DNA of 62,654 nucleotides from NCBI GenBank assembly GCA_019347875.1, contig JAHWKN010000002.1:1-62654 (forward strand), in the 5' to 3' direction. The stretch is from Candidatus Parcubacteria bacterium. Its GTDB lineage: Bacteria; Patescibacteriota; Saccharimonadia; UBA4664; JAHWKN01. The stretch's first letter is position 1. Each line of letters opens with the position of its first letter. The notes under the pieces are model-generated. The model was not told the DNA's origin and did no database searches. It was given only the letters and a program-made list of their open reading frames with translations. Shown one piece after another: positions 54,720 through 62,654 of this stretch. The translations under genes and the position numbers were made by a program.

Positions 54720-54989
54720 TCTTCACCCGCGATGCGGGGGCGTTTTGTGTTGGCGGCACACGTTACAGCCGGGTGGAATCCGTCCCGTTGATGGACGGTT
54801 AAGCCTTCGGCTACTGAGGCGCTTGTTAGAAAATCTAAAAAAGTAGCGTAAAAAAGCTTTTGCTTGTGCGTTTTTGGCTAAGGGAAGCGTAAAAGTTATC
54901 CAAACGGCATTAGGGTAACGGCTTTTAATGGCTTAGCGAAGCCATTGTGCTATTTGACACCATTACCGCAATAGCTTTAAATACCGGTT

Positions 54990-56108
54990 GTGGAGTTAAA
55001 ACAGTTACGTTTCAAATCGGATAGCCGGAAGAACTCAGTGTTACTAGCGCGCACGGTCAGTGCGGCAGCGGCACTGATCTTATTTTTAACCCCTCACCTT
55101 GCCGCCGCTAGTGAGCTGGATAAGACCAAGAACCAGCTGAACGCTACCAACGGCCGCATTAACCAGTTGCAGGGCCAGGTTAACGAACGCAAGCAGGTGG
55201 CCGGGCAACTGGAACAGCAGGTCGCCAACATGCAAGCCCAAATTAGGGTGGTGCAGACCCAAATCGCCGATACCAGGGCCAAGATCCAGACCGTCAACGG
55301 CGAGATCGCTAAGGTAGAGGCCCAGGTGGCCGCCAAGCGCGTCGTCTTGCAGGGCTACGTGAAGGAGCAGTACGTATCGCCGCAGCCGTCCAACTTTGAA
55401 ATTATCGTTAGTTCCGGTAATCTGTCGGACGTGGTCGACCGGAAAGAGTACCTGCAGCGGGCGCAGGACCGGATTAACGACGTTTTAGCCGAGATCATGG
55501 TGATCAAGAAGGCCCTGGACGCCAAGAAGGGCGAGTTGACCAGCCTGAACGACAAGCTGGCCGCCCAGGAAGCGGGCCTCGGGGGTCAGAAGGCGGCGCT
55601 GGACGACCTGCTGGCCAAAACCCGCAACGACCAGGCGCGGTATGAGGTGCTGTTGCAGGAGTCCCAAAACGCCCGTGCCCGCCTGAGCGCCACCATCGCC
55701 AAGCTCAGCGGCAACGGCCCGCTGCAGTCCCGCGGCTACGTCCAGCAGGGCCAGGTGATCGGCCGTGAGGGCACTACCGGCTTCTCGACCGGCTGCCACC
55801 TGCACTTCGGGGTGTACCAAAACGGCGTGGCGGTTAACCCCAACAACTACTTGGGTGGACGGCTGAGCTGGCCCGAGACCGGGTTTGTTATCACCCAAGG
55901 CTTCGGCTGGACTTCGTACGCCGCCTCGGGCGCCTACGGCGGCGGCATTCACGACGGCCTTGATCTTTCGGCCGGTTGCGGTGCTCCGATTATGGCCGCC
56001 GCCTCCGGCAACATCGTCATGAACAGCTTTCAGTCCGGCGGGTTTGGCCACTACATCGCCATCGATCACGGCGGCGGCCTGATGACCGTTTACGCTCACA
56101 TGCAGTAG
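54990..56108 (+). CDS. Secreted coiled-coil protein with a circularly permuted M23 (LytM) peptidase domain, EnvC-like
   Basis: Signal/TM segment, then ~200 aa of heptad-rich Q/A/K sequence. GTTGFSTGCHLHFGVYQNGVAVNP (HxH half) precedes GIHDGLDLSAGCGAPIMAAASG...HYIAIDHGGGLMTVYAHMQ* (HxxxD half). Start may be GTG 54990 or GTG 55035. Confidence 0.85.
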   Translation: MELKQLRFKSDSRKNSVLLARTVSAAAALILFLTPHLAAASELDKTKNQLNATNGRINQLQGQVNERKQVAGQLEQQVANMQAQIRVVQTQIADTRAKIQTVNGEIAKVEAQVAAKRVVLQGYVKEQYVSPQPSNFEIIVSSGNLSDVVDRKEYLQRAQDRINDVLAEIMVIKKALDAKKGELTSLNDKLAAQEAGLGGQKAALDDLLAKTRNDQARYEVLLQESQNARARLSATIAKLSGNGPLQSRGYVQQGQVIGREGTTGFSTGCHLHFGVYQNGVAVNPNNYLGGRLSWPETGFVITQGFGWTSYAASGAYGGGIHDGLDLSAGCGAPIMAAASGNIVMNSFQSGGFGHYIAIDHGGGLMTVYAHMQ

Positions 56109-56135
56109 CGGGCGCTAACTTTCAATTTAGGTAAC

Positions 56136-56184
56136 TTTACAATTTTCAATCACTTGACCGCTGCTACTGGTTGAAAATTGTAAA
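56136..56184. repeat. Perfect 14-bp AT-rich inverted repeat between the M23 gene and ftsE
   Basis: TTTACAATTTTCAA (56136-56149) and TTGAAAATTGTAAA (56171-56184), 21-nt spacer. Confidence 0.85.
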
Positions 56185-56227
56185 TTGAAAAATGAAAATT
56201 ACCATCTAACCCTGATATAATACTCTT

Positions 56228-56908
56228 ATGATTTTGTTTGATCGCGTGACCAAGATGTACCCTAACAAAAGTATGGCGCTGTCGGGCATCAACGTACACA
56301 TTCAGCCGAAGGAGTTCGTCACCATCGTCGGCTCCTCCGGCGCCGGCAAATCGACTTTGATTAAGCTGTTGACCCGCGAAGAGGTGCAGACCTCCGGCAA
56401 GATCATCGTCGGAGGGGTGGATTACGACACCATCGAAAAGGGCAAGGTGCCGCATCTGCGCCGGCGCATCGGGGTGGTGTTCCAGGACTTTAAGCTGCTG
56501 CCCGGCCGCAACGTCTTCGAGAACGTGGCCTTTGCGCTGGAGGTATCGGGCTACCGGGGACGGGAGATTAAGCGCAGCGTGCCAAAGGTGCTGCAGCTGG
56601 TCGGGTTAAAAGGTAAGGACAGTAACTTTCCCGAGGAGCTCTCGGGCGGTGAACGCCAGCGGGTGGCTATCGCCCGGGCGCTGGTGCGGCAGCCCAAGAT
56701 TTTGATCGCCGATGAGCCGACCGGCAACCTCGACCCCAAGAACGCCTGGGAGATCATTGAGCTGCTGCTCAAGATTAACCGTTTTGGCACCACCGTGCTC
56801 CTAACCACCCACAACAAAGAGATCGTTAACGCGCTGAAGCGGCGCGTCATCACCATCAACCGCGGCCGCATCGCCAAGGATGAGGAGATAGGGCGGTACG
56901 CCATATGA
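56228..56908 (+). CDS. ftsE: Cell division ABC ATPase FtsE
   Basis: Walker A GSSGAGKST, signature LSGGERQR, Walker B ILIADEPT. Confidence 0.95.
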   Translation: MILFDRVTKMYPNKSMALSGINVHIQPKEFVTIVGSSGAGKSTLIKLLTREEVQTSGKIIVGGVDYDTIEKGKVPHLRRRIGVVFQDFKLLPGRNVFENVAFALEVSGYRGREIKRSVPKVLQLVGLKGKDSNFPEELSGGERQRVAIARALVRQPKILIADEPTGNLDPKNAWEIIELLLKINRFGTTVLLTTHNKEIVNALKRRVITINRGRIAKDEEIGRYAI

Positions 56909-56963
56909 CTCAGCAGCGAGCAGTGAGTAGTGAGGAGTGTGCGGGCGACGGGGAGCGGAGCGG

Positions 56964-57875
56964 GTGATTACGCTTTGGCGCATTTTTCTGGCCGGGGGGC
57001 GTAACTTTTTACGCAACGCCTGGCTAAGCACCGCGGCTACCGCCGTCATGACAGTGACGCTGGTGATTATTTTAGCTTCGTTTATCTCCAACACCGCCCT
57101 GACCGCCACCATCAAGACGATCGTCGATAAGATCGACGTGTCGATCTATTTGGACGACAAGGCCACGCCCGATCAAATTAAAACCTTCCAAAGCAAGCTG
57201 GCCGCCACCGAAAACGTGCAGTCGGTTAAGTACGTCTCCAAGGCCGAGGCGCTGGAAATCTACAAACAGCAAAACCGCAACAATCCCACTCTCTTAAGCG
57301 CCGTCGCCGACCCGGAGATCGCCAAAGGTATTCCGGCCTCGTTGCAGGTGAAGGCCAAGGATCCGAAGCGGCTCGATCCGATCGTGGCGCTGGTGGCGCG
57401 TCCCGAGATCAAGCCCTTGGTGTCGGAGTTTAGTTACGAGGGGGACCGCAAGACCACCATCGACCGCATCGTCCAGGTGAGTAACTTTTTGAAGACCACC
57501 GGGCTGGTGGCCAGCTTGCTGTTTACCATTATTTCGGTTTTGATCATCTTTAACACCATCCGGATGGCTATCTTTACCCGCCGCGGCGAGATCGAGATCA
57601 TGAAGCTGGTGGGGGCAACCAACTGGTTCATCCGCGGGCCGTTTTTGTTCGAGGCGGCGCTGTACGGCGTCATCGCGGCGGTGATTGCGGTCGGCCTGTG
57701 CTACAGTCTGCTGCTGGTTGGCGGGCCGCGCCTGGGCAGTTACATCGATGTCCAGTCGACCATCAACTACTTCCGCAGCTACCCGGCTTTAATACTGGCG
57801 ACCGAGCTGCTGATCGGTGTGGGGATCGGTATGCTGTCGAGCCTGCTGGCGATGACCCGTTACTTGAAACTTTAG
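56964..57875 (+). CDS. ftsX: Cell division ABC permease-like protein FtsX
   Basis: Four TM segments with a large first extracytoplasmic loop (VSKAEALEIYK...). Start uncertain (GTG 56937 or 56964). Confidence 0.9.
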   Translation: MITLWRIFLAGGRNFLRNAWLSTAATAVMTVTLVIILASFISNTALTATIKTIVDKIDVSIYLDDKATPDQIKTFQSKLAATENVQSVKYVSKAEALEIYKQQNRNNPTLLSAVADPEIAKGIPASLQVKAKDPKRLDPIVALVARPEIKPLVSEFSYEGDRKTTIDRIVQVSNFLKTTGLVASLLFTIISVLIIFNTIRMAIFTRRGEIEIMKLVGATNWFIRGPFLFEAALYGVIAAVIAVGLCYSLLLVGGPRLGSYIDVQSTINYFRSYPALILATELLIGVGIGMLSSLLAMTRYLKL

Positions 57876-57969
57876 CCCGCCCAGCCCAAACTTTGCCCTC
57901 TTAAGCATAAGCTTGACACCGTAATGCATAAGCGGTTATTATGGTAATGCCTCAAGGAGGGTACGCCTA

Positions 57970-59091
57970 ATGGCAAAAACACAAACCCAGCGTCATAACC
58001 AAAACAAGATCATCAGGCTGATAGTGGCGGTCATGGTCTTTTTCTTACTAACGCCCCCCGTCCAGTTAACGCCCCCCGTCCGGGCGGATGAGTTTGATGG
58101 TAAGATTAATCAACTTAAAAGCAGCATCAGCACCTCTCAAAACCAGATCGCCGAGCTCAACCGCCAGCAGGACACGTTGCAGAATAAGCTGGCGATTTTG
58201 AACGCTCAGATTACCGCTTCTAACGCTCAGATCCGGTTGCTAAGCGACAACTCCCGCAAGGTCTCAGGGGAACTGGAGGTGCAAAAGCGGCGCTTGACCG
58301 AAAAAAAGCGGTTTTTGGCCGAGAGCTTGCGCACCGTTTACGTCCGCGGGCAAGTTACGCCCTTGGAGGTTTTGGCCTCCAGCAGCAGTTTTAGTGAGTT
58401 TATTGACCGGCAGCAGTACCTGGAAAAAGTTAAAGAAAGCATCGGCCAGTCGATTGACGCTATTCAGGCCCTGCAGGCCAAACTACAGCTGCAGCAGCAG
58501 GAGCTGGCCGGTCTGCTTGAAGCCCAGCAGCTGCAGCGGCAAAGCTTAGCTAGCCAGAGCTCCGAGCAGGCCAATCTGCTGGTGCAAACCCAAGGGCTGG
58601 AATCTAACTACCAAAATCTGGTTGCCAACAATAAAAAACAGCTGCAAGGCATTTACGCCGAGCGGGCCCGCCGTGACGCGGCCAACAACACCCGCGTTAA
58701 TACCGGCGGTACCGGCGGTTACCCCTGGGCCGCTGGACCGCGCTGTGAAGTGGAGGGGTGCGTCGATGACGGCTATAGCTTCTACCAGCGGCAGTGTACC
58801 TCCTACGCGGCCTGGTGGCGGCGATCACGCGCCAAGACCCCGTACCCCTACGGGTGGGGGCATGCCTATCAGTGGGATGACGGCCGCTCAAGCAGCCCGG
58901 TGCCCGTGTACGGGGCGGTAGCGGTTTGGAACGCTTATACGGGGGGCGCGGAATGGGCCGGGCATGTCGCCATCGTCGAGAAGGTCAATGGCGATGGCAC
59001 TATCGACGTTAGCGAATACAACTGGGCGACTCCCAGCGGTTACAGCTACCGCAGCGGGGTACCTATCAAAGGACTGCGGTTTATCCATTAA
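57970..59091 (+). CDS. Secreted coiled-coil protein with a C-terminal CHAP amidase/peptidase domain (PcsB-like architecture)
   Basis: Signal/TM segment and a ~200-aa coiled coil. CHAP Cys in QCTSYAAWW and His in GHVAIVEKV. Confidence 0.85.
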   Translation: MAKTQTQRHNQNKIIRLIVAVMVFFLLTPPVQLTPPVRADEFDGKINQLKSSISTSQNQIAELNRQQDTLQNKLAILNAQITASNAQIRLLSDNSRKVSGELEVQKRRLTEKKRFLAESLRTVYVRGQVTPLEVLASSSSFSEFIDRQQYLEKVKESIGQSIDAIQALQAKLQLQQQELAGLLEAQQLQRQSLASQSSEQANLLVQTQGLESNYQNLVANNKKQLQGIYAERARRDAANNTRVNTGGTGGYPWAAGPRCEVEGCVDDGYSFYQRQCTSYAAWWRRSRAKTPYPYGWGHAYQWDDGRSSSPVPVYGAVAVWNAYTGGAEWAGHVAIVEKVNGDGTIDVSEYNWATPSGYSYRSGVPIKGLRFIH

Positions 59092-59180
59092 GGCGGCAAC
59101 TTGTTCTTTGGACTGTTCGGCTTGACCAACAAAACGTTTTGGAACGCGGGCTAATGGTTTAGAATTGAAGTAGAGGTTAT

Positions 59181-60344
59181 ATGTCAGGGTTTGTCCGTTT
59201 TAAAGCTGTATCTTTTGGTCTGGTTATCCTGCTGGTGGCTGGAGGGGCCTTTGCGGCCGGTTACGCTGCTAAAGATGCCGGAATCGGCTCCCGGGCCGCG
59301 GATGCGCCGGACTTTAGTTCGCTCAACAACGTTTACCGGGTACTGCAGGACAAGTTCGACGGTCAGCTTGATGATGCCAAGCTGCTAGACGGCGCCAAGG
59401 CCGGGTTGGCGGCGGCCACCGGCGACCCCTACACCGCCTACTTAAACGCCGAGGCCACCAAAACCCTGAACGACGACTTAAACGGCACCATCTCCGGTAT
59501 CGGGGCTGAGGTGGGCCTAAAAAGCACCCGGTTGGTGATCGTAGCGCCGATTGCCGATTCGCCGGCGGCTAAAGCCGGACTGCGGCCAAAAGACCAAATC
59601 GTTTTAATTAACGGCCAGGATCCGACCGGGCTGGCGCTGGATGAGGCGGTCGGCAAGATCCGCGGCCCGGAAGGCTCACAGGTAAAGCTAACGATTGTCC
59701 GCGACGGCGGCGCGCCTTTTGAGGTGACCATCACCAGGGCGGTCATTACGGTGGCCAGCGTCAAGTGGGAGATGAAGCCGCACCGCATCGGCTATATTCA
59801 GCTGACCCGGTTCGGACCCGACACCAGCGCTAAAATGGCCGAGGCGGCCCGCCAGCTGTCCGGTCAGGGCGCCCGCCGGATCGTACTTGACATGCGCAAC
59901 AACCCCGGCGGGTACCTGGACGCCGCGGTCAACGTGGCGGGAGAGTGGCTGGACGGGGGCGTGGTGGTGGAGCAGCGCCGGGGGGAGCGTACCATCAGCA
60001 AGCTGACCGCCACCAAGGGCGGCCAGCTCGTGAGCGTCCCAACGATTGTTTTAATTAACGGCGGCTCGGCCAGCGCCAGCGAGATTGTGGCCGGCGCCTT
60101 GCAGGATCACGGCGCGGCGCGGGTACTGGGCGAAAAAAGCTACGGCAAGGGCAGCGTGCAGGAGGTAGCGGACCTAAGCGGCGGCGCCAATTTGAAGGTA
60201 ACGGTGGCCCACTGGTTTACTCCCAAGGGCAAAAACATCAACAAAGAGGGGATTAAGCCGGATGTAGAGGTGAAGCTGGAGGCCGCCGACTACGACGCCG
60301 GCCGTGATCCGCAGCTGGACCGGGCGCTGGAGCTGCTGAAGTAG
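59181..60344 (+). CDS. ctpA: S41 carboxy-terminal processing protease
   Basis: PDZ (AAKAGLRPKDQIVLING), and NGGSASASEI with the downstream K of the Ser-Lys dyad. Confidence 0.9.
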   Translation: MSGFVRFKAVSFGLVILLVAGGAFAAGYAAKDAGIGSRAADAPDFSSLNNVYRVLQDKFDGQLDDAKLLDGAKAGLAAATGDPYTAYLNAEATKTLNDDLNGTISGIGAEVGLKSTRLVIVAPIADSPAAKAGLRPKDQIVLINGQDPTGLALDEAVGKIRGPEGSQVKLTIVRDGGAPFEVTITRAVITVASVKWEMKPHRIGYIQLTRFGPDTSAKMAEAARQLSGQGARRIVLDMRNNPGGYLDAAVNVAGEWLDGGVVVEQRRGERTISKLTATKGGQLVSVPTIVLINGGSASASEIVAGALQDHGAARVLGEKSYGKGSVQEVADLSGGANLKVTVAHWFTPKGKNINKEGIKPDVEVKLEAADYDAGRDPQLDRALELLK

Positions 60345-60549
60345 CTTAAAAGTGTTTCAAAGGCGCCTGCTTGCCGTTACTTAGCGGGTTGCTAACCTTA
60401 GCGTCCTGAGCATGACGTTAAACGGCGCACTTTTTCTATCGTTCCAAGCCAGTGAGCTGTATTCTAGGCGGCTACACAATCCCGTCTTTACGGCCGTCGA
60501 GTTTATGGCTACAATTGACGTAAATGCCGCTAACGGTTGAGGGGAGAGC

Positions 60550-62193
60550 TTGGCAGACAGACAAACAAAGTACGTTTTTGTCACGGGGGGAGTCTTATCG
60601 GGACTTGGTAAAGGCATCGCCGCCGCTTCCTTGGGCACCATCTTAAAGGCCCGAGGATTTTTAATAAACATTCAAAAATGTGACCCTTACTTAAACACCG
60701 ACGCGGGTACGCTTAATCCGGCCGAGCACGGCGAGGTGTTTGTGACCGCCGACGGGGCCGAAACCGATTTGGACCTAGGCCACTACGAGCGCTTTATTGA
60801 TCGAGAGCTTGACCGCAAGAGTTCGTTGATGAACGGGCGGATTTACGCGGGGGTCATAGCGGCCGAACGGGCCGGCAAGTACCTAGGCAAGACGGTGCAG
60901 ATTATTCCCCATGTCACCACCGAGATCCAGCGGCGCATTCTGGCCACGGGGCGCGGGCACGACGTCCACATCGTCGAGATTGGCGGCACGGTCGGTGACT
61001 ACGAGAGCTTGGCGTTTCTGGAAGCGATTCGTCAGTTTAAGCGCCAGGTCGGGGCCGAGAATGTGCTGTACATGCACTTGGTGTACCTGCCGTACCTGGA
61101 GGCCAGTAAGGAGCTGAAGACCAAGCCGGCCCAAAACACCCTGCGAGACCTGCGGGCGGCCGGTATTTCGCCCGACGTGGTGATAGCCCGCTGCGAGCGG
61201 CCGGTCAATCAGCAGATTCTAGACAAGCTGATGTTGTTTTCCGACGTCGAAAAAGGCGGTATCGTGCCCTTGCCCACAGCGCCAACCGTTTACGAGGTAC
61301 CGCTGATGCTGGAGGAGTCAGGGTTGGGTTATTTTGTCTCTAAGCGGCTGGGGTTGCCCAAGCGCAAACCTAAACTGAGGGAGTGGAGTAACCTGGTCGC
61401 CGTCATCAAGCAGCCTGACGAGCCGGTAGTGCGTATCGGGGTGGTGGCTAAGTACATGGACCACGAGGATACCTATACCAGTGTTTTTGAGGCGGTTAAG
61501 AGCGCGGCTTGGGCCAACAAATCCCGGGCCGAGATCGTCTGGATTGATGCCGAAAAACTGGAGGATGACGAGAACCTGAGTTTACTGGACGGCCTAGACG
61601 GCATCGTGGTGCCGGGCGGGTTTGGTGCGCGCGGCGTGGAGGGCAAGATCAGGGCCGCAGCTTACGCTATGCGGCAGAACAAGCCGTATTTGGGGTTGTG
61701 CCTGGGCATGCAGACCGCCGTTATCGCGGTGGCCCGCCAGGCGCTGGGAACCAATGAGGTTAACTCAAGCGAGATCGATCCTAAAGTTAAGCATCCGGTG
61801 ATCGCCCTGATGGCCGACCAGGCTGATGTTACCGATAAGGGCGGAACTATGCGGCTGGGAGATTACCCCTGCGTACTCGACAAGGCGTCTTTAAGCTACC
61901 GTATTTACGGCTCACACCGAATCAAAGAACGGCACCGCCACCGCTACGAGTTTAACAACGCTTACCGCGAGCGGTTGAGTGCCGCCGGGTTGGTGCTGGC
62001 CGGCTTATCGCCGGATAAGCGGCTGGTCGAGCTGGTCGAGCTAAACAGACACCCTTTCTTTGTAGCCAGCCAGTTTCACCCGGAGTTTAAGTCCCGGCCC
62101 AATCGGCCGCATCCGTTGTTTGACTCGTTTATCAAAGCTAGCTTGCGCCCGGCCGGCAGATTGGCCGGTGCGGCGGAGGTTGCAGCGCGCTAG
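60550..62193 (+). CDS. pyrG: CTP synthase
   Basis: KYVFVTGGVLSGLGKG, GLCLGMQ glutaminase Cys, HRHRYE. Confidence 0.96.
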   Translation: MADRQTKYVFVTGGVLSGLGKGIAAASLGTILKARGFLINIQKCDPYLNTDAGTLNPAEHGEVFVTADGAETDLDLGHYERFIDRELDRKSSLMNGRIYAGVIAAERAGKYLGKTVQIIPHVTTEIQRRILATGRGHDVHIVEIGGTVGDYESLAFLEAIRQFKRQVGAENVLYMHLVYLPYLEASKELKTKPAQNTLRDLRAAGISPDVVIARCERPVNQQILDKLMLFSDVEKGGIVPLPTAPTVYEVPLMLEESGLGYFVSKRLGLPKRKPKLREWSNLVAVIKQPDEPVVRIGVVAKYMDHEDTYTSVFEAVKSAAWANKSRAEIVWIDAEKLEDDENLSLLDGLDGIVVPGGFGARGVEGKIRAAAYAMRQNKPYLGLCLGMQTAVIAVARQALGTNEVNSSEIDPKVKHPVIALMADQADVTDKGGTMRLGDYPCVLDKASLSYRIYGSHRIKERHRHRYEFNNAYRERLSAAGLVLAGLSPDKRLVELVELNRHPFFVASQFHPEFKSRPNRPHPLFDSFIKASLRPAGRLAGAAEVAAR

Positions 62194-62304
62194 CCTGACC
62201 AGGGGTGTTTGTCTTTTTCAGCAGCATTGTCAGCTCTTCGGCTCAATCAGAGCATGCGACCGTTCATCACCCATAAATCTCTACGCAACGGTCCCTACCT
62301 CTCT

Positions 62305-62371
62305 CCCTCCTGATCCCCCTCTCAACCCTCCCTCTTCTACCTTTTGTCAGCAAAAGGTAGCCAAAACTGCC
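62305..62371. repeat. Copy B of the hairpin plus homopyrimidine-tract element (partner 47-119, inverted)
   Basis: TCCCTCCTGATCCCCCTCTCAACCCTCCCTCTT, then the perfect 10-bp hairpin CTACCTTTTG-TCAG-CAAAAGGTAG (62337-62360), then CCAAAACTGCC. Confidence 0.6.
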
Positions 62372-62654
62372 GAGTAGGTCGCTAACTCCAAGCCATCCAG
62401 CCCGTAAAAGGCCGGGCCTGCGGAACTCGCTCGCCTGTCGGCTCACTCAAACAGTCCTCGGCTTTATCCGCCGCTGGCGGTTCGGCTGTTTGGGGTTCGC
62501 TCCAATACTCGGGGATGGTAAGAGGGATTCGGGGTTCGGGATTGGTAAATCGTAGATCGCCGGGAGCTAGCGTTAAGCTTTATCTAGGTATTTAATTACT
62601 GGCCGAGGACTTCCGGCAGCTGCCGGATGAGCCCCGATGAAATCGGAGCGAGTT

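Noticed and set aside
55485-56099. 204-aa minus-strand ORF
   Set aside because: It is antisense to the M23 gene, whose motifs are unambiguous.
60345-60549. 205-nt pyrG upstream spacer as a pyrG-type attenuator or riboswitch
   Set aside because: It contains only short, imperfect hairpins and a direct CTTAGCG repeat. I saw no convincing terminator/antiterminator pair.
1-62654. Scan for tRNA, rRNA, CRISPR arrays, transposases, integrases and phage genes
   Set aside because: No T-loop/acceptor-stem architecture was seen in the intergenic spacers. There is no direct-repeat/spacer array and no recombinase-like ORF in the six-frame track. Absence was judged by eye only; tRNAscan-SE or Infernal would be decisive.

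Overview
GC-rich bacterial chromosomal segment, coded almost entirely on the + strand and dominated by housekeeping genes. Translation: rpsU, rplU, rpmE, rpsB-tsf-frr, prfA-prmC, prfB, hpf, greA, ileS, proS, lysS, serS. Division and envelope: ftsA-ftsZ, rodA, mreBCD-mrdA, ftsEX flanked by two coiled-coil hydrolases, murD, two cis-prenyltransferases, lepB, an LCP protein, htrA, rseP, ctp, secA. Also parAB and pyrG. I saw no rRNA, tRNA, CRISPR array, transposase or integrase. The gene content suggests a reduced-genome lineage, possibly Patescibacteria/CPR (Saccharibacteria-like); this is inference only. It rests on class I LysRS, archaeal-type ProRS, type-2 IleRS, relics of biosynthetic genes, LPXTG cargo, and tight operons with many 4-nt overlaps. 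TGA is used as a stop codon and RF2 is present, so the genetic code looks standard. Items beyond routine annotation: (1) a tandemly duplicated cassette of two unknown-family paralogs at 14.3-16.2 kb, each with its own consensus promoter and terminator, plus a duplication scar copied from the downstream glycosyltransferase; (2) a circularly permuted M23/LytM domain in the coiled-coil protein upstream of ftsEX, with a second coiled-coil CHAP hydrolase downstream; (3) murD translationally coupled to a PP-loop-like protein, resembling the MurD2/MurL L-Glu-ligase plus epimerase route; (4) an accessory surface locus at 50.2-53.5 kb; (5) an orphan two-gene operon at 33.4-34.3 kb; (6) a compact stand-alone micro-ORF or sRNA unit after ftsZ; (7) a recurrent leaderless-type promoter geometry; (8) an Ile T-box leader; (9) pseudogene relics; (10) several short repeat families, including inverted copies of a hairpin element at both window edges. 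All calls come from reading the sequence and ORF translations by eye. No database search was run.
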